Origin: Bacteroidota bacterium
GTDB lineage: Bacteria; Bacteroidota; Bacteroidia; UKL13-3
Assembly (NCBI GenBank): GCA_947460345.1
Contig: CANHGM010000006.1
Location: 30,456-94,455, forward strand
Reading direction: 5' to 3'
Length of the DNA: 64,000 nucleotides
The translations under genes and the position numbers were made by a program. The notes beneath the pieces are model-generated. The model ran no database searches. It saw only the letters and a list, made by a program, of their open reading frames with translations, and had not been told where the DNA came from. Shown here piece by piece: positions 46,795 to 56,652 of this stretch; positions within the stretch are counted from its first letter, which is position 1, and the number at the start of each line of letters is the position of its first letter.

Positions 46795-47895
46795 TTGAAT
46801 AAAAAGTTTGATTTTATAGATGCAATAAGAGGATTAGCAATCATAGGAGTTGTAGCAGTTCATGCATCCAACTATGGTATTTTTAAAGCTAGCGAAATGA
46901 CTACTCGTATCATTAACCATGGTGCCAGAGGTGTTCAGTTGTTTTTTTTAGCAAGTGCTTTTACTTTGTTTTATTCATTTGAAAACAGAATTAATAAAGA
47001 AAAGAGTTACATTAAAAATTTCTTTATAAGGCGATTTTTTAGAATTGCTCCATTATATTATATAGGAATTATTTATTATTTAATTCAAGATGGACTTGGT
47101 CCAAAAGAAACTTTAGGAGACTCTACTGGTATAAGTTTATTGAATATTTTATCAAACTTTTCATTTTCACATGGCATAAACCCATATTGGATAAATAGTG
47201 TGGTTCCTGGAGGGTGGTCTATTGCTGTCGAAATGACATTTTATTTGTTTTTACCTTTTATTTTTTTTAAAATACAAAATCTAAACAAAGCTATTACATT
47301 TTTCTTCTCAAGTTTAGTATTAAGAAAAGTATTAGCTATGTATTTGGTAAAACACAATTTAATATCAGATGAAAGACTTTGGGATGAATTTTTATTTTTT
47401 TACTTTCCTAGTCAATTACCCATTTTTATGCTTGGCTTAATACTTTATTTTATCATTTTAAAAGAAGAAAAACCAGAAATTTCACCTATAAATTTGATTT
47501 TATTCTCAGGTTTAATTTTAATTCAAGCATTAACTGAAATATATTTTTTATTTCCAACACATATAATTTTTGGGTTTAGTTTTTTCTTTTTGTTTTGGGG
47601 TCTTAGCAAATACCCCATAAAAATTATAGTGAATCCAATTATAAACTATATTGGAAGAGTAAGTTTTAGTATATATATAGTTCATTTCGCAGTTTTTCAT
47701 TTAATGGAAAAATATACTTTTGTTGATTTTATTGAAGTAAATTCTGGACTTACAAATATTATAAATTATGGAATTAGGTTTTTGATTGGGATTTCTATTT
47801 CAATAGGAATATCTACTATTTTAAACAAAGTGATAGAAAATCCTATGCAAAATTTAGGAAAGAAAATTATTGAAAAAATAGAATTGAAAAAATAA
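46795..47895 (+). CDS. acyltransferase family 3 membrane protein (sugar O-acyltransferase-like)
   Basis: 366 aa, about 10 TM segments. N-terminal FDFIDAIRGLAIIGVVAVHA is typical of acyltransferase_3. TTG start. Confidence 0.7.
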   Translation: MNKKFDFIDAIRGLAIIGVVAVHASNYGIFKASEMTTRIINHGARGVQLFFLASAFTLFYSFENRINKEKSYIKNFFIRRFFRIAPLYYIGIIYYLIQDGLGPKETLGDSTGISLLNILSNFSFSHGINPYWINSVVPGGWSIAVEMTFYLFLPFIFFKIQNLNKAITFFFSSLVLRKVLAMYLVKHNLISDERLWDEFLFFYFPSQLPIFMLGLILYFIILKEEKPEISPINLILFSGLILIQALTEIYFLFPTHIIFGFSFFFLFWGLSKYPIKIIVNPIINYIGRVSFSIYIVHFAVFHLMEKYTFVDFIEVNSGLTNIINYGIRFLIGISISIGISTILNKVIENPMQNLGKKIIEKIELKK

Positions 47896-47900
47896 GTTCT

Positions 47901-49211
47901 TTATGGTCTTAGTAAATATTTTTGACAATTTTTATATGCAAACCATGAATTAAATAAACACACAGCTGCTGTTGTTAACATTGTTGCAAATATAGCCCCC
48001 CAAGTTTCTAAAGTTGGTATAAGCCAAACACATAATTGCCAGTTTAATATTAAAGAAATAAGAGAAACAAATATTTGCACATATGTCTTTTTAAAGTATA
48101 TATAATAGTTGGCCATCATTGTACTCCAAGCTAGAATTAACTGAGTAATTAACATTGCTGGTAGAAATGCAATTGCAGCATTGTATCTAATACTTATTAT
48201 TTTAAAATAATCAACAGACCAAGCAAACACAAACATTCCAACAGAAACTAAGGTTAGAAATTTCATTACTTTTTTGGTAACTCTTATGGTATTTTTATAA
48301 CTTTCTTTTGGGTTTTTTTCATCAAGAAATGTTGGCCAAAATGCTCCTAAAAAAGCATGAAGAAAAACCCATAAATTAGATGCTAGTGTATAAGCATATG
48401 TATATACTCCTATTACAATTCCATTAGTATTTTTTAATAAAATATTCCTATCAGTTAAACCATATATACTGCTAATAATTGCCGTTGCCATTGCTGGAAT
48501 GCCAATTTTTAATGAATTCCAAATCAATCTTAGATCTAGTTCTGGTTTTATTGTTCTTATATAGTATATAAAAAAGGGAATGGCCACCATAGCATCTACA
48601 ATCATACTATATTTTATTCTAGCATACGCCTTTTCAATATTATAATTATACATAATATATATAGTAACACCATTTGTTATAAAAATTCTGCATGCATTAA
48701 ACAACTGCATTACTCTAATTTTTTTTACACTCATGATAAAATAACTACTCATCATAGTTGCACTAACTTGTGTTGTAATTCCTATCCAAATCCAAATTCG
48801 ATATCTAGGCATAGAAAAGCCTTGGGTTTCTTTACCAATTAAGTAATTAAGTAGGTCTAAATCTATGTATGTATAAAAAAATATTATATATAATATTGAT
48901 AGAAATATAAATAATACAACATTTAAATTAAAGACTAATTTGCCTAAATTCTCTTTATATTCATTAAAGAAAGCAGTTTGTGCAACATACAAACCAAAGT
49001 TCATAAAAAGTGAAGCAGAACCAATTAAATTCACCACCATACCATATATACCATATTGTGATTCATTCATCACTTTTAGATATACATACATGAGAGCTAA
49101 TCCGCTCACTTTAATCAACACATCAACACTCAATAAATTAATAAACCTATGGCTAAGTTCATTGGTCATAAACCTTTTATATTGGTCTTTAACAAATGTG
49201 ATAGGTTTCAT
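47901..49211 (-). CDS. polysaccharide flippase (Wzx/MOP superfamily-like)
   Basis: 436 aa, about 12 TM segments, polysaccharide-cluster context. Call is based on topology and context only. Confidence 0.5.
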   Translation of the reverse strand: MKPITFVKDQYKRFMTNELSHRFINLLSVDVLIKVSGLALMYVYLKVMNESQYGIYGMVVNLIGSASLFMNFGLYVAQTAFFNEYKENLGKLVFNLNVVLFIFLSILYIIFFYTYIDLDLLNYLIGKETQGFSMPRYRIWIWIGITTQVSATMMSSYFIMSVKKIRVMQLFNACRIFITNGVTIYIMYNYNIEKAYARIKYSMIVDAMVAIPFFIYYIRTIKPELDLRLIWNSLKIGIPAMATAIISSIYGLTDRNILLKNTNGIVIGVYTYAYTLASNLWVFLHAFLGAFWPTFLDEKNPKESYKNTIRVTKKVMKFLTLVSVGMFVFAWSVDYFKIISIRYNAAIAFLPAMLITQLILAWSTMMANYYIYFKKTYVQIFVSLISLILNWQLCVWLIPTLETWGAIFATMLTTAAVCLFNSWFAYKNCQKYLLRP

Positions 49212-49231
49212 CTTTTTAAAAAATATAATCC

Positions 49232-50593
49232 TTATTTAGCTATTGCCCTAATCAAATCATATTCTGTGATTATATGCGTTTGTCCTATAGTGTCTTTTAC
49301 TAGTACAGCTGTGTTTTTCTTGGTGATATATGTCGAAATTTTTTCTACTGGTGTATTAATGTCTATGGTAGGAAATGGCTTGCCTATTATATCTATGATG
49401 GCATTGTTTATATTATATGGGTTCTCTATAATCTTAGATAATACATCACTCTCATTTACAGAACCAATTATTTGCCCGTTTTCACTCACAGGTATCTGAG
49501 AAATATCATATTCTTTCATCAGCTTTATTGCCGTTTGAATACTTTCTTTATTATCTATTGATACAAAGTCTCTCATGTTTTTTTGTTCGATAATACTTTT
49601 GGCTGTAATGCTGTCTTCTTCTAAAAAACCTCTTTCTCTCATCCAGTCATCATTAAATGGTTTGCCCATATATCTGCTTGCATGGTCATGAAATATAACT
49701 ACCACCACATCCGATTTTTTTAAACCATCTTTCATTTGCAACAATCCCGCAATGGCACTACCAGCACTATTCCCAACTAGTATTCCTTCTTCTTTGGCAA
49801 TTTTTCTGGTCATGACCAATCCATCTTTATCTGTTACTTTTTCGAAATGATCTATAATGTCAAAATCTATATTTTTAGGTAAAAAATCTTCCCCAATTCC
49901 TTCAGTTATATAAGGATATATTTCATTCTCATCTAATATTCCTGTATCTTTATATTTCTTTAAAACTGAGCCATAGGTATCAATGCCCCATATTTTTATA
50001 TTGGGGTTTTTCTCTTTCAGAAACCTACCTGTACCTGAAATGGTTCCTCCAGTACCAACCCCTACCACCAAATGTGTAATTTTACCTTCTGTTTGCTCCC
50101 AAATCTCAGGACCTGTAGATTCATAATGTGCAGCAGAATTACTTAAATTATCATACTGATTTACATACCATGAATTAGGTATCTCTGTGGCCAATCTTGC
50201 CGATACTGAATAATATGATCGTGGATCTGATGGCTCTACATTGGTAGGACAAACAATGACATCAGCTCCTACAGCTTTTAGCATATCAACCTTTTCTTTC
50301 GATTGTTTATCTGTTGTAGCAAATATACATTTATAACCTTTTACTACGGCAGCGATAGCCAATCCCATTCCTGTATTGCCACTTGTGCCTTCAACTATTG
50401 TACCCCCTGGCTTTAATAAACCAGCCTTTTCAGCGTCTTCTATCATCCTTACTGCCATTCGGTCTTTAATGCTATTTCCTGGATTAAAAGTTTCAACTTT
50501 GGCTAACACAGTACATGGCAAACTTTTTACAATTTTATTTAATTTGACTAGCGGCGTATGACCTATTGTTTCTAATATATTTTGTTTCCACAT
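49232..50593 (-). CDS. PLP-dependent cystathionine beta-synthase/cysteine synthase fused to a CBS-domain pair
   Basis: Motifs TPLVKL, NPGNSIKDRMA (PLP Lys), GTSGNTG, GVGTGGTISG, then two C-terminal CBS domains. Start moved from the track TTG at 50605 (inside the -7 box) to the ATG at 50593 (MWKQNILETIGHTPLV). Confidence 0.75.
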   Translation of the reverse strand: MWKQNILETIGHTPLVKLNKIVKSLPCTVLAKVETFNPGNSIKDRMAVRMIEDAEKAGLLKPGGTIVEGTSGNTGMGLAIAAVVKGYKCIFATTDKQSKEKVDMLKAVGADVIVCPTNVEPSDPRSYYSVSARLATEIPNSWYVNQYDNLSNSAAHYESTGPEIWEQTEGKITHLVVGVGTGGTISGTGRFLKEKNPNIKIWGIDTYGSVLKKYKDTGILDENEIYPYITEGIGEDFLPKNIDFDIIDHFEKVTDKDGLVMTRKIAKEEGILVGNSAGSAIAGLLQMKDGLKKSDVVVVIFHDHASRYMGKPFNDDWMRERGFLEEDSITAKSIIEQKNMRDFVSIDNKESIQTAIKLMKEYDISQIPVSENGQIIGSVNESDVLSKIIENPYNINNAIIDIIGKPFPTIDINTPVEKISTYITKKNTAVLVKDTIGQTHIITEYDLIRAIAK

Positions 50594-50602
50594 GATATGT
50601 TG

Positions 50603-50610
50603 CAAAGGTA
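50603..50610 (-). promoter_or_regulatory. putative -7 box for the CBS-domain synthase gene
   Basis: Plus strand CAAAGGTA, which is TACCTTTG on the minus strand. Only 9 nt upstream of the ATG at 50593. Confidence 0.45.
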
Positions 50611-50659
50611 AGACAAAGCAAACACAAAAAACTTATTTGCTGTTTTTGAATATACTCAT

Positions 50660-50699
50660 AAAAAAAGCCGAAGCAATTACCTCGGCTTTAAATTTTTTT
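50660..50699 (-). terminator. rho-independent terminator downstream of the lipoprotein gene
   Basis: 7-bp stem AAGCCGA (50665..50671) / TCGGCTT (50682..50688) with a 10-nt loop, flanked by an A-run (a T-run on the minus strand). Lies 22 nt after the stop codon (50711..50713) in the minus direction. Confidence 0.65.
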
Positions 50700-50710
50700 A
50701 GTAAAAAATA

Positions 50711-51244
50711 TTATTCAACTATTTGTCCTGTAATAGTGAATTTAACTCTTGCTCTCATAGGCACATCAGTTTTAACTGGTCCGTTTGTTTCACCTTTTGC
50801 ATAAAATGACATTTGATTAGCTTTAATATAGTCAACTAATTCAACATCTTTTAAATCTAAACTAATAGTTCTTACACCATCTTTACCTATAGGTTTCTTA
50901 GCAGCCAATAAAACATCAGCTTTACCAGTAGCTCCTACATATGCTTCTGCCCAATTAACTATATCAAATGTAGTATTATTGTTATCTAAGATATCAAGAA
51001 ATACTTCTTTTATTTTCATTGAAGTAATTTGGTCTTTGCTTATTGAGTTTGCTTTACACACACTATCTAAATTGTATTGCAAATCTTGAGCATCGATTTG
51101 CATTGCTCCAGCTTGTGTTGTTTGTTTTACAACAAAATCTATTTGTCCAGTAGGTAAATCAAAAGACACTTTAAGGTCTTCTTTTGTGCAAGATGAGATT
51201 AAAGCCACTGCACACATTGATAAAAGTAAATTTTTAAGTTTCAT
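50711..51244 (-). CDS. lipoprotein, function unknown
   Basis: 177 aa. Lipobox-like signal MKLKNLLLSMCAVALISSC. No recognisable catalytic motif. Confidence 0.5.
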   Translation of the reverse strand: MKLKNLLLSMCAVALISSCTKEDLKVSFDLPTGQIDFVVKQTTQAGAMQIDAQDLQYNLDSVCKANSISKDQITSMKIKEVFLDILDNNNTTFDIVNWAEAYVGATGKADVLLAAKKPIGKDGVRTISLDLKDVELVDYIKANQMSFYAKGETNGPVKTDVPMRARVKFTITGQIVE

Positions 51245-51267
51245 TGTTTTAAAAAATTAATTGTTAG

Positions 51268-51275
51268 TATTTTTG
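51268..51275 (+). promoter_or_regulatory. putative -7 box for the SprT-like gene
   Basis: TATTTTTG, 63 nt upstream of the ATG at 51339. Lies on the far side of the divergent minus-strand box. Confidence 0.35.
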
Positions 51276-51296
51276 TTCGACTTTATAAATAGACAA

Positions 51297-51304
51297 CAAA
51301 AGTA
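51297..51304 (-). promoter_or_regulatory. putative -7 box for the lipoprotein gene
   Basis: Plus strand CAAAAGTA, which is TACTTTTG on the minus strand. It lies 52 nt upstream of the ATG at 51244. Confidence 0.35.
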
Positions 51305-51338
51305 GTCAAATCGCTGCAAATCAAACTAATTATTTTTT

Positions 51339-51956
51339 ATGAAAAACTTTCATGTGCTTCAAAGGTTTATTCCGGGCGGAGCCTCTGAAGAAATTGAAAA
51401 GCTTCTAAACGCTCATCCTGTCAATATCCGCATCACCAAAAGCAGACAAAGCAAGTTAGGAGATTTTAGACCTCAACCACATGATAAATATCATGCCATA
51501 ACAATCAATTATGACCTTAATCCTTACGCATTTTTGATTACTTTGGTTCATGAAATTGCCCATCTCACCACTTGGAAAGATTTTCAAAATAAAGTGGACC
51601 CCCACGGCATGGAATGGAAATTTCAATTTAAGTTTTTAATGGACCCTTTTTTCAAACTCAATGTTTTTCCTGAAGAAGTTGCTTTTGCTCTTAAATCTTA
51701 TATGAATAATCCTGCTGCATCTAGCTGTTCTAGTCCTTCGCTTACTAAAGCTCTTAAAAAACACGACAAAGATGCTCATCATTATACCTTTCTTGACGAA
51801 CTTCCTACACATGCTATTTTCAAACTAAAAAACCAACAACAGTTTGTATTTAAAAAAGGTGAAAAAGCTAGGACCAGATTTAAATGTCTTGAAATAAAAT
51901 CTAATAGAGAATATTGGGTTACCGCTCATGCTGAAGTAATACCAATCAATGAATAA
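51339..51956 (+). CDS. SprT-like zinc metalloprotease domain protein
   Basis: 205 aa. Zincin motif LVHEIAHL followed by DPHGMEW, with a SprT-like layout. Confidence 0.6.
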   Translation: MKNFHVLQRFIPGGASEEIEKLLNAHPVNIRITKSRQSKLGDFRPQPHDKYHAITINYDLNPYAFLITLVHEIAHLTTWKDFQNKVDPHGMEWKFQFKFLMDPFFKLNVFPEEVAFALKSYMNNPAASSCSSPSLTKALKKHDKDAHHYTFLDELPTHAIFKLKNQQQFVFKKGEKARTRFKCLEIKSNREYWVTAHAEVIPINE

Positions 51957-52019
51957 GCAACATTTTATTTATCAAAAAAACTTTGTAACTATTTTTAACT
52001 TTATCTGTTTACTATTTAT

Positions 52020-54368
52020 ATGAATTTTATAAAAAAATCCTACTTCTTCTTTTTATTGTTTTTTATTTTCTCTAGCACAAATGCTCAAAAATATAATATT
52101 TCTGGTTATGTAAAAGATGCTAAAAATGGGGAAGAAATCACAAGTGTAAATATTTCCGTAATAGAAAAAAACGCTACTGCAAGTACTAACAATTATGGTT
52201 ACTACACACTTTCACTCCCTACTGGCACTTATACTGTTGTTTTCAGTATGCTAGGCTATCAAAGTCAAGAAAGGGTTATAAATTTAAAAGCTAATCTTAC
52301 TTTAAATATTGAGTTAATTTCAACACAAAAAGAATTACAAAGCTACACGCTTAGAGAAACTAAGAGAAACAAAAATGTTGAAAAGGTGGAGATAGGAACA
52401 ATTCAGGTTAGTGCCACTCAAATAAAAAAAATTCCTGCTGTACTAGGCGAGGTAGATGTTATCAAAGCTATTCAAATGCTTCCTGGCGTATCTTCTGTAG
52501 GAGAAGGTGCCACTGGTTTTAACGTAAGAGGTGGTTCGGTAGATCAAAATTTGATTATCCAAGATGAAGCTCCAGTATATAACTCAAGTCATGCATTAGG
52601 CTTTTTTTCTGTATTTAACCCTGATGCTGTTAAAGATGTAAAACTAATCAAAGGCGGCATACCTGCAATGTATGGTGGAAGACTTTCCTCTGTTCTTGAT
52701 GTGAGAATGAAAGAAGGTAACATGAAAAAATTTCAGGGAAGTGGTGGCATAGGAACTATATTCAGTAGGCTAATGATTGAAGGCCCTATTAAAAAAGATA
52801 AAGCTTCTTTTATGTTTGCCGCAAGAAGAAGTTATGTTGACGTTTTTTTTCCGCTTTTCCCAAATGACCTACTCAAAAAAAGCAATCTTTCTTTTACTGA
52901 TTTAAATGGTAAAATAAATTATATAATTAACAAACGCAATCGGGTTTTTCTTTCTTCTTACTACGGAAGAGATTTATTTGGTCTAGCTGATTTATTTAAA
53001 GTAAGTTGGGGGAACCAAAATGTAACTGCCAGATGGAATCACCTTTATAACTCAAAAACTTTTGCCAATTATTCACTCATTTTTAGCAATTATGATTATA
53101 GTTTAGGTGCTACTTTCGGTCCTATACAATTTAAATGGATTTCAAATATTAAATTTTATAACTTAAAAGCTGACCATCAAACAAATTATAACAACAAACA
53201 TTTGCTTCAATATGGTGCAAATATTATATACTATACCTTCAGACCGGGAGAAACAGAACCAGTAGCAGGCTCAAGTGTAATTGTTAATCAAATTTCATTA
53301 GAGAAAAAATATGCTTTCGAACCCAATGCTTATGTAAGTGACGAATGGACGGTAAATAAGAAACTATCTATTCAAGCTGGCGTTAGATATAATGGGTTTG
53401 CAAATATTGGATCTAGCAAAGTATATAAATATTCAAACGAAGAAAATAGAAGCTTAGACAACGTAACTGACACAGTATATTATCAGTCAGGAGATTTAAT
53501 TAAATACTATCAAGGTTTAGAACCAAGAGCCGCATTTAAATATACCTTAGACAGCAACAGCTCATTAAAAGGAGGATATAACAGAATGAGGCAAAATATT
53601 CACCTTATATCAAACACATCTGCTGCTACTCCTTTTGACATATACCTACCAAGCGACTATCATTTTAAACCTCAGGTTGCCGATCAAGTTTCACTTGGTT
53701 ATTTTAGGAATTTTAAAAACAACATGTATGAAACTTCTGTAGAAGTATATTATAAAAAATATAATAACCTTATAGACTTTAAAGATGGTAGCAATTTAAT
53801 AGGCAATGAACGTTTAGATACGGTAATGCTTAGAGGTCAAGGTCAAAGTACTGGTATTGAATTTTATATAAGAAAAACAGAAGGCAAACTGACAGGTTGG
53901 ATAAGCTATACATTAAGCAATACCACAAGACAGGTTGATGGTATTAACAACAGTAAAACATACAGTGCTCCTTATAATAAAACACATGTGTTAAGCATAA
54001 CTGCTTCATATGAAATAAATAAAAGGCTTAGCATTGGGGCAAACTTTATATATAATACTGGTATTGCTATTACAGTTAATCAAAGCAGGTACCCACATCA
54101 AGGATTTGTTTTAGGTGATCCATCTGAAAGAAATTCATATAGAATTCCTAATTATAATAGAGCAGATATTTCAGCAACATATAAAGGCAAAAAACATAAG
54201 CTATGGCAAGGCGAATGGGTAGTTTCAGCTTATAATTTATATGCTCGTAGAAATGCATATTCTATTTACTTTAGACAAAATGATGTAGACCCTTCAAAAA
54301 CAGAGGCAGTAAAAATCTCCGTTTTCGGTACTGTGATTCCTTCAGTAACTTATAACTTCAATTTCTAA
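52020..54368 (+). CDS. TonB-dependent receptor with N-terminal carboxypeptidase-regulatory-like domain
   Basis: 782 aa with signal peptide. CarbopepD_reg-like ISGYVKDAKNGEEI..V.V, plug region (VDVIKAIQMLPGVSS..GFNVRGG), long beta-barrel, terminal aromatic ..TYNFNF. Confidence 0.85.
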   Translation: MNFIKKSYFFFLLFFIFSSTNAQKYNISGYVKDAKNGEEITSVNISVIEKNATASTNNYGYYTLSLPTGTYTVVFSMLGYQSQERVINLKANLTLNIELISTQKELQSYTLRETKRNKNVEKVEIGTIQVSATQIKKIPAVLGEVDVIKAIQMLPGVSSVGEGATGFNVRGGSVDQNLIIQDEAPVYNSSHALGFFSVFNPDAVKDVKLIKGGIPAMYGGRLSSVLDVRMKEGNMKKFQGSGGIGTIFSRLMIEGPIKKDKASFMFAARRSYVDVFFPLFPNDLLKKSNLSFTDLNGKINYIINKRNRVFLSSYYGRDLFGLADLFKVSWGNQNVTARWNHLYNSKTFANYSLIFSNYDYSLGATFGPIQFKWISNIKFYNLKADHQTNYNNKHLLQYGANIIYYTFRPGETEPVAGSSVIVNQISLEKKYAFEPNAYVSDEWTVNKKLSIQAGVRYNGFANIGSSKVYKYSNEENRSLDNVTDTVYYQSGDLIKYYQGLEPRAAFKYTLDSNSSLKGGYNRMRQNIHLISNTSAATPFDIYLPSDYHFKPQVADQVSLGYFRNFKNNMYETSVEVYYKKYNNLIDFKDGSNLIGNERLDTVMLRGQGQSTGIEFYIRKTEGKLTGWISYTLSNTTRQVDGINNSKTYSAPYNKTHVLSITASYEINKRLSIGANFIYNTGIAITVNQSRYPHQGFVLGDPSERNSYRIPNYNRADISATYKGKKHKLWQGEWVVSAYNLYARRNAYSIYFRQNDVDPSKTEAVKISVFGTVIPSVTYNFNF

Positions 54369-54372
54369 ACTC

Positions 54373-55170
54373 ATGAAAAATTATATATATATACTTATTC
54401 TTTCTATTGTTTTTTCTTCTTGTCAAGATGTAATAGAGCTTGATGTGGCCTCTAAAGCTAGCAAATTGGTGGTTGATGGTTGGATAGATAGCGATTCTGT
54501 TCCAAAAATATATTTATATATATCTCAACCTTATTTCGAAAACAAAGAATACCCTAAAGCTACAGGTGCTATTGTAACTTTAAATGATGGTACAAACAAT
54601 GTTAATTTAACTGAAAGTGCAGCTGGTAGTGGTTTTTACTCTTCTAATGCTATGAAAGGTACTGTAGGCAAAACATATACTTTAACCATACAATATGAAA
54701 ACAAAACATATACATCGGTTAGCACTATGCCTAAAACTATTGCTCAGTTTGATTCTATATATTTTAGACCCTTACCTTTTGGAAAACCAGGACAAGCCCC
54801 AAAAATTGTTACTAACTTTGCTTATCAAGAGTATCCTGAAAAAGGAAATTGTTATATGGCTAGATTCTCTAGAAATGGTGAGATGGATTTAAAAAAATTA
54901 AACTTTACTGATGACCAATTTATCAACGGTAATCACATAACTGATGTGTTTGTTGGTGAAGAGGTTTTTAGTGGAGATACTATAAGACTTGAAGCATATG
55001 GAATAACCAAAGAATATTTTGGGTTTTTAAACCAAATTATTAGCAATGAATATCAACAACAAGGTTTGTTTTCACCTCCCATAGCTCCATATAAAGGAAA
55101 TATTAGTAATGATGCTTTAGGCTTTTTTAGAACCTCTGGTATGATTGCCAAAGACACCATTGTACCTTAG
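54373..55170 (+). CDS. DUF4249 family lipoprotein (usual TBDR partner in Bacteroidota)
   Basis: 265 aa. Lipobox ..VFSSCQD, LVVDGWI.., GTVGKTYTLTIQYENKTYTS. Starts 4 nt after the TBDR stop. Confidence 0.7.
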   Translation: MKNYIYILILSIVFSSCQDVIELDVASKASKLVVDGWIDSDSVPKIYLYISQPYFENKEYPKATGAIVTLNDGTNNVNLTESAAGSGFYSSNAMKGTVGKTYTLTIQYENKTYTSVSTMPKTIAQFDSIYFRPLPFGKPGQAPKIVTNFAYQEYPEKGNCYMARFSRNGEMDLKKLNFTDDQFINGNHITDVFVGEEVFSGDTIRLEAYGITKEYFGFLNQIISNEYQQQGLFSPPIAPYKGNISNDALGFFRTSGMIAKDTIVP

Positions 55171-56231
55171 AGATTTTCTATATATTCTTTAATTTTTAAT
55201 CTATCTATTTTATTTGAATTTGTATATATAAATTGGGGCATGGTTTTAATTTCTTTTATGATATTTTGAGTTAACAAAGAGTTGATTTTGTTTAAAATTT
55301 CAAGCTTGAATTCATCTAAAAGATGAAAGTCAGTTTCTAATACCAATACCAATTTTTCTCCCCAAACTTTATCAGGTATTGATGATACAACATACTTGTA
55401 AGTTAAGAAAAGTCCACTTGTGTGTAATGTATACTCCAGCTCTTCTGGTGAATATTTTAAACCACCACTATTGATAATAAAATCTAATCTGCCTTTTACT
55501 GTAAACCTATGGTCTGAATTTATGTCAACTATATCTTTTGTTTCTATCCATTTTTTTAAAATTGTAGGATGATATAAAAACAAGCAATTTTCTGAACTCA
55601 ATTTGTACTGCCAACCATCTAAAAGTTTATATGTTTTTTCTCGTTTATTTAAACTTCTTAAGGCTATATTCGAACAAGTTTCAGTCATTCCATATGTTTG
55701 AAATGCTTGTGAAATATGTGAGCTAAAATAATTTTCGATAGTTGAACTTATATAAGCTCCTCCTATAAGTATTGTGGCAAAATTTTGTAAAATATCTTGT
55801 ACATGTTTCTTTTGTATATATGTCTCTATCATCGCAGGTACCAAAGAAATATGGTTAATACCAGACATTGTTACAATGGTGTCTAAGACATCTATTTTAG
55901 GTTCATAAATATATACATTTAAATTAAAGTATAGTGCTCTTACAAGTTGCATCAAACCTCCAATATGCTCAACAGACAAGCAAACGTGCATATGGTCATA
56001 AGGCGTTATTTTTAGTATTTTTTGTGAATTTAGAGCAGAAGCAATCATTTGTTCTCTACTAAGTTCAATATCTTTGGCAACACCTGTGCTTCCTGAAGTT
56101 TTTATGATAAAAGATTCTTTACCTTGAAGCCAATCACTACAAAAATGATATGCTGCTAAAGCATTTTTTTTTAAGCTTTTTTGCTCTAACAACGCAATTG
56201 TGAGTTGGCCATTTGCTAATAACTGAATCAT
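55167..56231 (-). CDS. menE: short AMP-binding (adenylate-forming) enzyme, O-succinylbenzoate-CoA ligase-like
   Basis: 354 aa. TSGSTGVAKDI, YGMTET, TKDIV..GRLDFIINSGGLKYSPEELE. The short length matches my recollection of Bacteroidota MenE. No other men genes are in the window. Confidence 0.5.
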   Translation of the reverse strand: MIQLLANGQLTIALLEQKSLKKNALAAYHFCSDWLQGKESFIIKTSGSTGVAKDIELSREQMIASALNSQKILKITPYDHMHVCLSVEHIGGLMQLVRALYFNLNVYIYEPKIDVLDTIVTMSGINHISLVPAMIETYIQKKHVQDILQNFATILIGGAYISSTIENYFSSHISQAFQTYGMTETCSNIALRSLNKREKTYKLLDGWQYKLSSENCLFLYHPTILKKWIETKDIVDINSDHRFTVKGRLDFIINSGGLKYSPEELEYTLHTSGLFLTYKYVVSSIPDKVWGEKLVLVLETDFHLLDEFKLEILNKINSLLTQNIIKEIKTMPQFIYTNSNKIDRLKIKEYIENL

Positions 56232-56591
56232 TTATTGTTTGACTGCCTTGTATGCAAAACGTATAAATATAATCATAAATAAAAAGTGAATAAATGGCCA
56301 AGGTGAAGGCATTATTCTTTGATAACTCCCTAAAATAGTGGTTAGCATCATGCCGCCATGAAATATAGTTAATAGGAATAGCCCTGCTTGAATCATTTGA
56401 ATATTGTCTTTAAGTCTATTCATAAACAAGCTTAAAAACGACATGACTACAATTACAAAACCTAAACTTCTTGAAACGGTAATTAAAGGAATATCTTTGG
56501 GGTCAAAGTCAATAATAGCTATTGGGAATAGTACTAAAATAAAACCAAGGATTACGCAAAATGCTGTATTTGCAATTAATATATATTTCAT
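56232..56591 (-). CDS. small 4-TM membrane protein, function unknown
   Basis: Start moved from the track TTG at 56603 (inside the -7 box) to the ATG at 56591 (MKYILIANTAF..). Its stop abuts the menE-like start. Confidence 0.5.
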   Translation of the reverse strand: MKYILIANTAFCVILGFILVLFPIAIIDFDPKDIPLITVSRSLGFVIVVMSFLSLFMNRLKDNIQMIQAGLFLLTIFHGGMMLTTILGSYQRIMPSPWPFIHFLFMIIFIRFAYKAVKQ

Positions 56592-56600
56592 TTGTAAGTG

Positions 56601-56608
56601 CAAAGGTA
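56601..56608 (-). promoter_or_regulatory. putative -7 box for the small-membrane-protein/menE-like pair
   Basis: Plus strand CAAAGGTA, which is TACCTTTG on the minus strand. It lies 9 nt upstream of the ATG at 56591. Confidence 0.45.
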
Positions 56609-56610
56609 AT

Positions 56611-56618
56611 TATATTTG
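56611..56618 (+). promoter_or_regulatory. putative -7 box for aroE
   Basis: TATATTTG, 34 nt upstream of the TTG start at 56653. It is 2 nt from the divergent minus-strand box. Confidence 0.45.
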
Positions 56619-56652
56619 TTAGCTTTATTATTATACTACAATACATATTCAT

